Part shown: piece by piece, positions 12,385 to 25,455 of the stretch
How positions within the stretch are numbered: position 1 is the first letter of the stretch
Layout: every line of letters starts with the position of its first letter
NCBI GenBank assembly: GCA_951406725.2
Contig: OX597834.1
Location: 39,370,001 to 39,434,000 of the forward strand
Reading direction: 5' to 3'
Length of the DNA: 64,000 nt
Source: Octopus vulgaris
Lineage: Eukaryota
Translations under genes and position numbers: made by a program
Notes under the pieces: model-generated
What the model was told of the DNA's origin: nothing
Database searches by the model: none
Seen by the model: only the letters and a program-made list of their open reading frames with translations

Positions 12385-13153
12385 TTTCTTCTTCTTCTTC
12401 TTCTTCTTCTTCTTCTTCTTCTTCTTCTTCTTCTTCTTCTCTTTCTTCCTTCTTCTTCTTCTTCTTCTTCTTTTCCTTCTTTCCTTCTTCTTCTTCTTCT
12501 TTTCCTTCTTTTCCTTCTTCTTCTTCTTCTTCTTCTTCTTCTTCTTCTTTTTCTTCTTCTTTTCTTTCTTCTTCTTCTTCTTCTTCTTCTTCTTCTTTTC
12601 CTTCTTTTCCTTCTTCTTCTTCTTCTTCTTTTCTTTCTTCTTCTTCTTCTTCTTCTTCTTCTTTTCCTTCTTCTTTTTCTTCTTCTTCTTCTTTCTCTTT
12701 CTTTTTTCCTTCTTCTTCTTCTTCTTCTTCTTCTTCTTCTTTTCCCTCTTCTTCTTCTTCTTCTTTTCCTTCTTCTTCTTCTTTTTTTCCTTCTTCTTCT
12801 TCTTCTTCGTCTTCTTCTTTTTCTTTTCCTTCTTCTTCTTCTTTTCCTTCTTCTTCTTCTTTTCCTTCTTCTCCTTCTTCTTCTTCTTCTTCTTCTTCTT
12901 CTTCTTTTCCCTCTTCTTCTTCTTCTTTTCCTTCTTCTTCTTTTCCTTCTTCTTGTTCTTCTTCTTGTTCTTCTTCTTGTTCTTCTTGTTCTTCTTTTCC
13001 TTCTTCTTTTCCTTCTTCTTCTTCTTTTCCTTCTTCTTCTTTTTCTTCTTCTTTTCCTTCTTCTTCTTTTCTTTCTTCTTCTTCTTTTCCTCCTCCTTCT
13101 TCTTCTTCTTCTTCTTCTTCTTCTTCTTCTTCTTCTTCTTCTTCTTCTTCTTT
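12385..13153. repeat. (TTC)n/(TTTTCC) polypyrimidine array
   Basis: Visible; explains the poly-E/K ORF 12317-13315. Confidence 0.95.
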
Positions 13154-13468
13154 CAATTTACTCCTATTACGATATATGTTTGTATACATAATTATATATG
13201 TATGTATATATATGTGAGCATATATATATATATGTATGTGTATGTGTGTGTCTGTGTGTGTGTCTGTGTGGTGTATGTGTGTGTATGTGTGTGTACATAG
13301 ATATGCGTGTTGCATGTGTTGTTTATCTCTTATGTAAATATTTTTAGCTATTCAAATGTTGCTTAAATTTGTAAACCAATATATTGTATACATACGTACG
13401 TACGTACGTACATGCATACATACATTTAATATATACATATATACATATATATAAACATACATATAAAC

Positions 13469-13499
<31 letters not shown>

Positions 13500-13507
13500 C
13501 ATACATA

Positions 13508-14399
13508 CGTGATCTGATCAATAAGTATGTAGACTGTCGCCATAGTAACGAAGCTAAAGACCGCAGAATAAAGCCGCTTGACACAAATTGACCTCAAACT
13601 CTGCTGTGCAAGTGCACTAAGTTTTACCGCTCTACCTCACTTCTGCTGGTTATAGCAGTGCTAGGAAGGAAGGTGTGTAACGTGTGAACGTCGCATTGAC
13701 CATGACAGAGGAAGTTGAGCAGAGATTCTGTATCAAATTTTGGCAAAATCTTGGCGATACCTGATCCGAGGCCTACGCAAAGTTTCCAAAAAGTTTTCAT
13801 CGTTCTCGACACAATCAAGATCTTGTGCAACTGAAACCCGAGTGTCTATTTGGTCAGCTGAAAGCAGTTTTTGGCACAAACTTGACAGACACGCCTCTCA
13901 TACCCAAATCTTCAGTGATAATGGACTGGACTGTATCGTAACTAATCTGCTCATCCTCTGATAACTCACGGATTGTGATTTGACGATTTCCCCTCACGGC
14001 TGCACGCACATCTGCGAAGTTTTACTCAGCTTTGCTGGTTGCAGGTCTCCCAGAACTTTCGTCAATATCGACATTTTTTCGGCTGTCTTGGAAACGTCTG
14101 AACGACTCGTACACTTGTGTGCGGATCACACACCCTTCTCAATACACTTTCTGCAAATTTGCATAGGCCTCTGAGCAGGTATCGCCATGAATATTTTCTT
14201 TGTCATGGTCAATTCGACGATCACACCCTACACACCTCCCTTCCAAGCACTGCTATAAACAGCAGAAATGTGTAGAACGTTGAAACTTAGTGTGCATGCT
14301 CAGCAGAGGTCGAGGTCAACCTGTGCCGTACGGCTTTGCTCTGCGTGCTTTAGTTTCGTTACTATGACAACAGTCCGGAGACTTATTGATCAGATCTCG
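13508..14399 (-). mobile_element. Non-autonomous mariner derivative made of two inverted 5' ends, TA TSD
   Basis: Ends TA|cgtgatctgatcaataagt...acttattgatcagatctcg|TA; inverted similarity of about 290 bp. Confidence 0.9.
13790..14206 (-). pseudogene. Mariner transposase N-terminal (HTH) remnant
   Basis: Disrupted frame DTCSEAYANLQKVY...VYESFRRFQDSRKNVDIDESSGRP...RQITIRELSE...IITEDLGMRGVSVKFVPK (WVP-equivalent motif). Confidence 0.85.
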
Positions 14400-14466
14400 T
14401 ACATGCATACGTACGCACGTACGTAAATACACACATACGTACGTAAGTACATACATACATACGTAT

Positions 14467-14828
<362 letters not shown>

Positions 14829-14840
14829 TATATATATATA

Positions 14841-15032
14841 TTAGATTTCCAAGAAATCTAATGCTCGTAGCATAGTTTTTACCATGGGGCTGGCCAGATT
14901 GGAGCAATCTCAAGATTAATCAGCTGAAATTGCGAGGATAATCCGGTTCTTGATTGAAGATTAGGGGCTTCGAATGACCCGTCCATGCTTTTTGTATCGT
15001 CTATTTGAATGTTTTGCGTTCTTGTCCCATTT

Positions 15033-15035
<3 letters not shown>
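14841..15035 (+). mobile_element. Short unclassified insert in (TA)n starting with a hairpin
   Basis: ttagatttc-caa-gaaatctaa immediately after (TA)n; complex sequence bounded by (TA)n. Confidence 0.4.
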
Positions 15036-15077
<42 letters not shown>

Positions 15078-15652
15078 TATTAAGGTGGCTTATTTGCAAT
15101 TTATAACCAAAAGGCACTAGTATAGACGTCACTAAGGTGTACAGGGTTCTCCCATCACAGAGCTATCGTAGCAAATACGCCAGCCCGCCATATGAGGGAG
15201 TGTAAACGTAATGAAGAGAAGTGTGCTCGACAGAGATTTCAAACCAAATGGTGCTTTCATCTGGCTGTGGGCTGAACGTCTGGGTCACCACTACATTTAT
15301 AAGAACCTCTACTGTGGTTGTTTTGAGTTCCCAATCAGCACTAACGACATCGTTTAGTAAACAGTTGCGGGACATACATATATACTGCAAGATGGCTGTC
15401 ATATAGTTATGTGATGGTTGACAGTTTCGCCGGAAGTCGATGTTTTACAGGAAGCTCATGCTTGAATTCACTTCTCAAGTTATCGCCTTGACACCTTCCA
15501 ATTGTATGGCTTACATGTCACTGTATCTATGTAGCTATATACGTAGGTGTATACGTAAGTATGTGTCAATGTGAGTGAGTGTGTGTGTGTGTGTGGAGAG
15601 AGAGAGGGAGAATGAGTGTGTGTATAATAGACAGTACATGTGTATAATAATA

Positions 15653-15940
15653 TTTCTTTTATTTGTTTCAGTCACTTGACTGCGGCCATGCTGGAGCACC
15701 GCCTTTTAGTCGAACAAATTGACCCCAGGACTTATTCTTCGTAAGCCTAGTACCTTGTATCGGTTTCCTATGCCGAACCGTTAAGTTACAGGGACGTAAT
15801 CAAATCGGTTGTCAAGCGATGGTGAGGGGATAAACAGAGACACAAACACACATACATATGTATATATACATGACGGGCCCGAACTCACAACCTCATGTTT
15901 GACAGCCAGACACTCTAACCACTGAGCCATGAACCTTCAC
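15653..15940 (-). mobile_element. SINE B tail joined to an F-type tRNA head fragment
   Basis: B tail 15653-15880, then cgaactcacaacctc...ctaaccactgagcca. Confidence 0.75.
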
Positions 15941-15964
15941 TGTGAATTCTACACAGGCAAAAGA

Positions 15965-16575
15965 AATAATCCTTTCTACTCTAGGCACAAGGCCTGAAAT
16001 TTCGAGGGAGGGAGCCAGTCGATTAGACCGACTCCAGGATGAAAGGGAAAGTCGACTCGATGGAATTTAAACTCAGAACGTAACGACAGACGAAATACCT
16101 ATTTCTTTACTAGCCACAAGGGGCTAAACACAGAGGGGACAAACAAGGACAGACAAAGGGATTAAGTCAATTACATCGACCCCAGTGCGTAACTGGTACT
16201 TATTTAATCGAGGCGAGCTGGCAGAAACGTTAGCACGCCGGGCGAAATGCTTAGCGGTATTTCGTCTGCGTTACGTTGTGAGTTCAAATTCCGCCGAGGT
16301 CGACTTTGCCTTTCATCCTTTCAGGGTCGATAAATTAAGTAACAGTTACGCACTGGGGTCGATGTAATCGACTTAATCCGTTTGTCTGTCCTAGTTTGTC
16401 CCCTCTGAGTTTAGCCCCTTGTGGGTAATAATGAAATAGGTACTTATTTAATCGACCCCGAAAAGATGAAAGGCAAAGTCGACTTCGGCGGGATTTGACC
16501 TCAGAACGTAACGGCAGACAAAATACGACTACTCATTTCGCCCGGCGTGTTAACGTTTCTGCCAGCTCACCACCT
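15965..16575 (-). mobile_element. Cluster of family C/C2 SINEs (minus) containing a nested plus-strand copy
   Basis: C2 15965-16097; C 16098-16575 interrupted at 16212-16438. Confidence 0.88.
16212..16438 (+). mobile_element. Full-length SINE family C, 17-bp TSD ggtacttatttaatcga
   Basis: TSD 16195-16211 and 16439-16455; head ggcgagctggcagaaacg...gagttcaaattcc. Confidence 0.92.
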
Positions 16576-16890
16576 TAAGAGCAAAAGGAATAATAGAGAC
16601 AGGTGAAGTGGCTAACGAATTGGTCAAGCAACCTTTCGTGGGAATAACTTAATGTGTTACAGCGCTGCAGGAACACGGATGCCCCCGACCCTTACTCCAT
16701 CAATTTTATTTATTTATTCATTTTTTTTTTCGGTGTATGTATGGAAATCAAATTTAATAAAAACTATTACGACGTTGGAAATTAGATCAAGTAATCTACA
16801 AGTTTTAAGTATATGATTATTAAGTTTCCTGTTTCAATATCGCGTTCATTTTGCAAAGCGACACACAGTGACAGATGCACGTGAGCATAG

Positions 16891-16891
<1 letters not shown>

Positions 16892-16937
<46 letters not shown>

Positions 16938-16990
16938 GGAACGTCTAATAATGTGCGTACATAATCCTATATGTATGTGTGCAGTTATAT

Positions 16991-17023
<33 letters not shown>

Positions 17024-17075
17024 TCGGAACGTCTAATAATGTGTGTACATAATCATAAATGTATGTGCACAGTTT
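16892..17075. repeat. Two-copy tandem duplication ((TG)n + cggaacgtctaataatg...)
   Basis: Unique 17-mer repeated at about 16937 and 17025. Confidence 0.85.
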
Positions 17076-17102
17076 TATATATACATGTGTGTGTGTGTGT
17101 GT

Positions 17103-17177
<75 letters not shown>

Positions 17178-17354
17178 TGTATAGGGAAAATATTGAGAAA
17201 AAGTTGAAAGTGCGTCAAATTTTCTTTCAGATATGCAAAAAGGGAAAATAATTTCATTCTGTGTTTATATGTATGTAAAATAAAATTATAAACGATATTA
17301 TTGAAAGTATATATGTATAGATGTGTGTGTTTGCATGCACTTATAAATACATAC

Positions 17355-17431
<77 letters not shown>

Positions 17432-18000
17432 AGGCGAGCTGGCAGAAACGTTAGCGCGCCAGGCGAAATGCGTCGCCTTATTTCTCTGCTAAAATGTGTA
17501 GTTCCTGTATTTGAGAAGGGGTCAGCCTTGTCACACTCTATGTCACGCTGCATCTCCCCGAGAAATACGTTAACGGTACACGTGTCTGCGGAGTACTCAG
17601 CCACTTTAATCACGTTAATCTCACGAGCAAGCTGTTCCGTTGATTATATCAACTGGAACAGTCATCATCGTAACCGACGGAGGACCAATACATTTGAGAG
17701 TACAAGGAGTCAAAGAATAATAAATTTGCATTAGGGAGTACAAGGAGTTAAAGAATGGTAAATGTAAGAGTATAGTGTGGTGGGGGGTATATAAGGTATG
17801 TAAGGGGTCAAGTCTCCCTAAGAGCTACATCGAGGGTACGGGTGTCTGTGGAGTACTCGGCTACTTGCACTTTAATTCCACGAGCAGGCTATTCCGTTGA
17901 ATATCAACTGGAATATTCGTCGCCACAACCGACGGAGGACCAGTGCATTCGCAAGTACAAGGAGTCAAAGAACGGTAAATATGGGAGTGTAGTGTGGGAG
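17432..18000 (+). mobile_element. SINE head C + tail D chimera with partial tandem duplication
   Basis: Head C 17432-17480; tail D 17500-17685, repeated at 17815-17940 together with downstream gtacaaggagtcaaagaa. Confidence 0.75.
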
Positions 18001-18346
18001 GGAGTGCAAGGAGGTGATTGACAGGTGTCAGGGAAACGTAATTTTATGAACGGGATTATTCTGTCATGAAATAGTGTGTGAGTATCGATGGTGCGTGACC
18101 CAGGCCGTGACATGCTGACTGGCTTGCTAGCTGGCCTGCTGGCGGGTCGGTTGCCTGACTGGCTGGCCGGTTGGCTGGCTGGCTGGCTGGCTGGTTGGTT
18201 GGCTTGCTGGTTGGTTGGTTGGTTGGAAGAGAGGAGATGTGATGTTAACAGAACCAAAAATGGTCCGACATCGAGGGAACGAAAGCTGCAAGTTGAATAT
18301 ACGAAACGAAATATCAAGGAAATATACAAGCATATATATTTGTGAC

Positions 18347-18347
18347 T

Positions 18348-18417
<70 letters not shown>

Positions 18418-18461
18418 CAGCAGCGGTAGTAGTAGTAACAGTAGGGAAAGTAGTAGTAGTG

Positions 18462-18528
<67 letters not shown>

Positions 18529-18563
18529 TAGTAGCAGTAGCAGTAGCAGTAGTAGTGGTAGTG

Positions 18564-18609
<46 letters not shown>

Positions 18610-18632
18610 CAGTAGCAGTAGTAGTGGTAGTG

Positions 18633-18688
<56 letters not shown>

Positions 18689-18724
18689 GGTGGTGGTGGT
18701 GGTGGTGGGAGTAGAAATAGTAGC

Positions 18725-18760
<36 letters not shown>

Positions 18761-18832
18761 TGAAGAAGTAGTAGTAGTAGTAGTGGTGGTGGTGGTGGTG
18801 GTGGTGGTGGTGGTGGGAGTAGAAATAGTAGC

Positions 18833-18889
<57 letters not shown>

Positions 18890-18933
18890 TGAAGTAGTAG
18901 TAGTAGTAGTAATAGTAGTAGTAGTAGTATTAA

Positions 18934-18967
<34 letters not shown>

Positions 18968-19015
18968 TGAAGTAGTAGTAGTAGTAGTAGCGGTGGTGGT
19001 GGTGGTGGCGGCGGT
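18347..19015. repeat. (GTA)n/(GTG)n/(GCA)n array
   Basis: Visible; explains the poly-S/V/T ORFs. Confidence 0.95.
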
Positions 19016-19230
19016 GAGGTTGGTGGTGAAAGTGTTGCAAATTATATTAAATATGTATTTTAGGTTTTTACAAAGATTATCCGATATAAATATGGCCCCA
19101 GCCGGGTGTGTAGACTGAATACATACGGGTATGCGTTTGTTAGTTAGAACGGAAGTTGACAGTGCACTGGAAAGTTTCGATCTGTGCTCAGCAGATGTAT
19201 ATATATTTATATATATATATATATATATAT

Positions 19231-19440
19231 TCACCTTCGAAACGTAGAGTAGATGAAACCATGGCGACTGAAGAAGGGTTTTTTTCCTTGTGTTATTTGT
19301 CCTGTACTCTATTTTTTTGTTGTTTAAGAAAAATGTCCAGTTCCTTGGGTTTGTGTCTATGTTTTCGTTTCACATTGTGTTCGACGTTTTTTTGGTGTCC
19401 TGTACTCATATATGCGTGTATATATACATGTAGAGGTAGG
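19231..19440 (+). mobile_element. Possible Penelope-like terminal fragment in (TA)n
   Basis: Contains cGAAACGTAgagt and CTGAAGAaggg half-motifs and a T-rich tail; no complete fold. Confidence 0.35.
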
Positions 19441-19481
19441 TACGTACATATATGTATATATATATGCATATGTTTTATTTA

Positions 19482-19524
<43 letters not shown>

Positions 19525-19631
19525 GCGTGTGCGCATATGTATGTATATTAATATATATGTATGTATGTGTGTGTGTATGTATGTATGTATGTATGTATGT
19601 ATGTATGTATGTATATGTGCAGATTTGTATG

Positions 19632-19665
<34 letters not shown>

Positions 19666-20226
19666 CATACATGCATATATATATATATCCATAAATTTAT
19701 ATACATGTGTGCGCGCGCGTACGAGTGTATGTTATTAAAAAAAAGTAGGAGTGGTAGAATATATGGTATGGCTTCATATTTTGGCGTGGGTGTCAATTAA
19801 TTACAAGACATTTGGCTGGCAAACCGTCTCCATTAATTCCGAACACCAAGTATATTATAAGCCGTTTGACGAGGCGGGATGTTCTTGTGTTACCGATCTA
19901 ATTATATGGTTGTTTTATTGAAATTTATTGCAGGGGCTGATTTCAGCTGAGAAACAAACCTCGCCGCGGTTGTCGCTCCGTTTTCATTTTTTTACGATAT
20001 ATTGGCGTCTGTATGTATATGTCTGTGAGCGTCTGTGTGATTGCGATTGTGTTTGTGTGACTCAGTGTCTGTATGTGTGTGTGCGTGTGTAATTATGTGA
20101 TTGATTGGTGATATTTACTTTCTTATTAATCAAGAGATAACTATCATGGAGGTCGACTTTTTTGGGGGGTTTTTTGGAGGGTTTTTTTTTTTCAATCTTC
20201 ATAATGAGGCAGACATAAATAATTAG

Positions 20227-20481
20227 TCTTTTACTCTTTTGCTCTTTTATTTGTTTCAGTCATTTGACTGCGGCCATGCTGGAGCACCGCCTTTAGTCGA
20301 GCAAATCGACCCCAGGACATATTCTCTGTAAGCCAAGTACTTATTCTATCGATCCTTTTTGCCGAACCGCTAAGTTACAGGGACGTAAACACACCAGTAT
20401 CGGTTGTCAAGCGATGTTGGTGGGGGGGACAAACACAGACACACAAACATATATACACACATCTCTCTCTCTCTCTATTTA

Positions 20482-20547
<66 letters not shown>

Positions 20548-20692
20548 TACATATATACCACGGGCATCTTTCAGTTTCCATCTACCAAATCCACTCACAA
20601 AGCCACTTGCCCAAGGTGCCACGCAGTGGTACTGAACCTGGAACCATGTGGTTCGTAAGCAAGCTACTTACCACACAGCCACTACTACGTCT
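20227..20692 (-). mobile_element. SINE family B
   Basis: Near full length with expanded internal (TA)n. Confidence 0.9.
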
Positions 20693-20704
20693 ATATTTCT
20701 AATT

Positions 20705-21137
20705 TTTGCTACAAGGTGGGGGCTGAGTCGATTACATCGACCCCAGTGTTCAACTGGTACTTATTTTGTTGACCCCGAAAAGATGAAAGGCAAAGTCAAC
20801 CTCGGCGGAATTTGAACTCAGAACGTAGCGGCAAACGAAATACTGCTAAGCATTTCGCTTGACATGTTGACGATTCTACCAGCTCGCCTCCTAAAATATA
20901 AATAAAAATATTTCTTTATTGCCCACAGGAGGGTAAACATAGAGGGGACAAACAAGGACAGACAAAGGGATTAAGTCGATTAGATCGACACCAGTGCGTA
21001 ACTGGTACTTATTTAATCGACCCCGAATGGATGAAAGGCAAAGTCGACCTCGGTGGAATTTGAACTCAGAACGTAGCGGCAGACGAAATACTGCTAAGCA
21101 TTTCGCCCGGCGTGCTAACGTTTCTGCCAGCTCGCCG
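20705..21137 (-). mobile_element. Tandem SINEs C2 (20705-20890) and C (20929-21137)
   Basis: Both match family C head and central domain. Confidence 0.88.
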
Positions 21138-23239
21138 CCCTAAAATAAAGAGAGTTATCTGTCGGCTGCATGAGGAGATACATAGCGTAATCACGCATAT
21201 ACGCCATTGTAGCTTTATTCTTTGCTAAACTTACGAAGTTGACAGTGATTGCCTTGTTCAGAGTATTCGCATCACCGGTTACTGACGATGGCGCCTGTCG
21301 TCTGCCGTTCAAATAATGCAGCCAACTCAACCGCAGAGCCACCGTCGCTACACAAGCTAACACAAGCACCCAGCCAACCACGACCCACACCAGCAACAAT
21401 AGGAATACACACACATATACAACAGCAACATAAACTAAACTGGTACTCCGTCGGTTGCGACGATGAGGGTATATGAAATAAAGTATATTTGAAAACGGAG
21501 AAACAGAAGGTCGGGTGGACTGCGACAATATCAAAATATTATTGACACCAACACGAAAAACTTCTCAAATTAATGGCGGATTATTACTGAAGCTTAAAGG
21601 CTAAATTACCAGATGATGTTGGAAGTTTCTTTGTGAGGGAGAATTAGAGGCTCTTAGACGGGCATGTCGAGGAACTCCTATGAGCTGACCAGAAGATCGA
21701 GCTGACCGCCTTTTCCCATAGTAAAGTGAGTAACAATTTTAGCTCTCTTTTCTGAACAACGTAACCTTTCTCAGAGTAAGATGTATATACACGCTGCCTA
21801 GGGTAACCTTCGAAACAGGGTTCCCAAGTTATTAAATATAGATATGATAGCAGTTAGCAAGATCAAGGTTTGAAACCCGTGCACTCTGGCGCTCGTCTTT
21901 GACAATCTCAAGACATATGCATTATTGAACCAGCCGAAATCGGGAGGTAGAGATATGGCACTCTTGTTTCACTAAAGTCTAGATCTAGGGAAAGATGATC
22001 TTTCTGGATGCGGAAGGTAAGTCGGTGGCCTGGTTTTGTACAACTGCAATGATGGTACTTTCTGACTAGTGGCAGTATATACTCCGACAAAGAACGGACG
22101 GTCATATTTCCTCAGGCTTCTGGAAGTCTTCATAGGAACATTCCGCTCTTTTGTACTAGTGGGTAGCCGGAACAGTATCTTAGACGCACGAAGGGATTAT
22201 GTGGAGCTAGCCAATAAGAAAAATGGGTGTAAAATCTTGCAAACACCAGATGTTTCCAGCAGTCAGATAGTTACCAATTGGATTTCCTGAAAGTGTGAAG
22301 ATGAAATAATACATCAAGTCATCCAGATCATAGCTGGATATAGTATTTATAAGGTCAGATGACATGGATAGTGTAGTGTGGTCACAATTCTAACCGATCA
22401 ACCACAGATCACAAATTTGTGATTTACACGATCGACCTGGATAGAATTTGTCGGCAGGATGAATGTGTCGTTTCTGGCGTGTAAATCCCACAGAAAGCGG
22501 ATTAGCGTTTTAGTTAAGTGGAAATTAACAGGGGCAATCGTCAACAACCGGCCATGGAGGGGAATCAAAGTAAAATTTGTAATTCTACAATTCTATATTT
22601 GTGAGATGAGGAAAATACATCATATACACACCGTTCACATTAATTTCAGTGTTATTAACGATGTAATCGACTAGTCCCCTCCCCTCAAAAAATTTCAGGC
22701 CGTGTGCCTATTGTAAAAAAGGGATTATTTACTGCAACATTAAGTATCAATTTGGCGACGTTAAAAAGAAAATATCATAAACAGATTTGCCCCGATTACT
22801 GCGGGTGATGCGAGAGGCAAAGAACATCGCAGTATTCGAATGTGTAAAACAACACGCGCAACATCTTCGACCGATGGATGTCTAGACTTCGAAAAAAAAA
22901 TATTAACTGTTTTTTATTCCAAAAGATCTTAGAGAAAAACATTGTATGAAAAAATCAATATAAAACCAAAAAACCAAATAAATGAATTTGATGTAGTTTT
23001 TATGCTGTGCGGGTTTATTGAATTTCACTCAATATATGCAAAGAAAAGTTAATTAAATGCTTTCTTTTATGAATTTTATATTGTAAAAAAAAAAAAAGAG
23101 AGGAAGTTTGTTTCGACTTTTTTTTTTCTTTTTCCTTGTGAATAACCTTGGAGCAACTCTGTCTATTTTCAACTTGTCGTTTGACTTGCATCCTCGTCTT
23201 CTTGTTGTTGTCGGTGTGGTTGTCTGTTTGTCTTAATCT

Positions 23240-23263
23240 CTCTCTATATCTCTTTCTTCCCCA

Positions 23264-23324
<61 letters not shown>

Positions 23325-23350
23325 AATCAATCTCTTTCTTCCCCACTCTC

Positions 23351-23427
<77 letters not shown>

Positions 23428-24004
23428 ATCTATCTATCTCTCACACACACACACTCACACACACATTCACATACACAAACACACTTTCACTCTCTCTCTA
23501 TGTTTCTCTGCCTCACTCATTTGCTCTTTCACTCGTTCTCTCTCTCTTTCTCTCCCTCTCTCCCTCTCTCCCTCCCTCCCTCTTCCTCTATATCTGTCTT
23601 GTCTCGTTCTCTCACTCTCGTATTCTCACATCCTCCTCCCTCAATCTCTCTTTCTCTCTTTTTCTCATGCTCTCTGATTTCCTCTTTCGCTTACGCTCTC
23701 ACTCACATCTTCCTCGACCCTTTTTCTCTCATACCCCCTCACTCCCCTTAATTTTCTTTCTCTCACCCTCCTTTCTCTCTCCTCCTCTTATCTCACCTCT
23801 TTCTCTCTCACTCTCATGTCCTCTCCTCCTCCCTCTCTCACTCATGCTTTTTCACACGCTCCCCACCTCTCTTTTCATTAATTTATCTGTCTGTCTAACG
23901 GTCTGTCTTTCTGTCTGTCTGTCTCTCTCTCTCTCTGTCTATCTATCTATCTGTCTGTCTATATGTCTGTTTTATCTATCTCTCTCTCTCTCTATCTATC
24001 TACT
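23240..24004. repeat. (TC)n/(TCTA)n pyrimidine-rich low-complexity tract
   Basis: Visible. Confidence 0.9.
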
Positions 24005-24625
24005 TTAGTGGAGGGGAGGTACGACGACGAGCTCGGGGCGAACCTGGACGTCGACGAGGAGTACCTGACCCGCCTGTTCAGGACGACTTTCGGGCCAGGG
24101 CCCATGGACAACTTCCAGAGATCCCTGGCCTGGCAGTGCTACCGAGAAGCGCTACCCGTTCGGGATAAGCTCTACAGACACGGCTCGAGAAACACGGGGC
24201 CGACCTGCCCGAGATGCGGTCAGAGCGACGAAACCGTTCTGCACGCACTCGTTCAGTGTCCAACAATTTCCGACCTGTGGGCTTATGTCGAACAACTGCT
24301 GTCACGTGTGGGACGAGTCGGTTTATCAGCTGAGTCTATCGTCAATATTGTCACGCCTCCTTCCTTCAAACGGGAAGGAAGAGCTATTTTCATCATCCTT
24401 GTGGCTATGGCGAAAGAATGTATCTGGTGGACGCGTCTGAAAGGATTGGAGACAAACACTTTCCTCTCTGGTCAATCTCTCATCAACTTCTTCAAGTACC
24501 ACTTGAAAAGGAAAGTGAGAGTAGAGAGGCAAGTTTTGTCTAGCGAATGTTTTAAAAAAAGATGGGTGAATGTAGCAAGAATGGCACGTATGAATGACGA
24601 AGCCACCTTGAGCATAGTCCTATGA
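24005..24625 (+). CDS. L1/Tx1 ORF2 C-terminal fragment (zf-RVT zinc knuckle), open frame, no start
   Basis: LAWQCYREALPVRDKL...CPRCGQSDETVLHALVQC...LW...IWWTR. Confidence 0.85.
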   Translation, partial: LVEGRYDDELGANLDVDEEYLTRLFRTTFGPGPMDNFQRSLAWQCYREALPVRDKLYRHGSRNTGPTCPRCGQSDETVLHALVQCPTISDLWAYVEQLLSRVGRVGLSAESIVNIVTPPSFKREGRAIFIILVAMAKECIWWTRLKGLETNTFLSGQSLINFFKYHLKRKVRVERQVLSSECFKKRWVNVARMARMNDEATLSIVL

Positions 24626-25028
24626 ACCCAGAAATCGAAAACAGAGAGTTGCTTATTTGCAAAAAAAAAAAAAAAAAAAAAAAGAAATATAAAATGTGAC
24701 TTCATTGACCGAGGTTCCCGTGGTCTTTTCCGTAGGCTTTTCTTTCCACGGGTAAACCTCACCTGTCCTCCCCTTTACACTTCATATTGACATTTCTGTG
24801 ATAACGATCCCTATTGATCAATTTTTTTTTTTTTTTTTTTTTTTTTCCTCTCCCCCTTTTTTTAACCCCCCTTTTTTTTGTCCTCCTTCTCTCCTTTTAC
24901 GATCCCTTTTGATCGAAACTCCCCTTACTTTTTTTTTTTTTTTTTTTTTTTTTTAAACATTCAAAAGAAAAGCTCTACCTTGTAATTTGTTCTATCTGTG
25001 TGCAGCCCTGTGTGGCTAATAAAGAAAC
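24005..25028 (+). mobile_element. 5'-truncated L1/Tx1-clade LINE inserted in (TATC)n
   Basis: ORF2 C-terminus plus about 400-bp 3'UTR ending tgtggctaataaagaaac; (TCTA)n on both sides. Confidence 0.88.
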
Positions 25029-25029
25029 A

Positions 25030-25455
<426 letters not shown>

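Noticed and set aside
12317-13315. 332-aa Glu/Lys-rich ORF
   Set aside because: Translation of (GAA)n plus dinucleotide repeats.
14903-14940. Hammerhead-like CTCAAGA...GAAA
   Set aside because: G5 is missing and stems II and III do not pair; a similarly unconvincing case lies at 31075-31115(-).
22383-22450. Imperfect hairpin considered as a pre-miRNA (miR-10-like gaatttgt end)
   Set aside because: No miR-10 seed and too many bulges.
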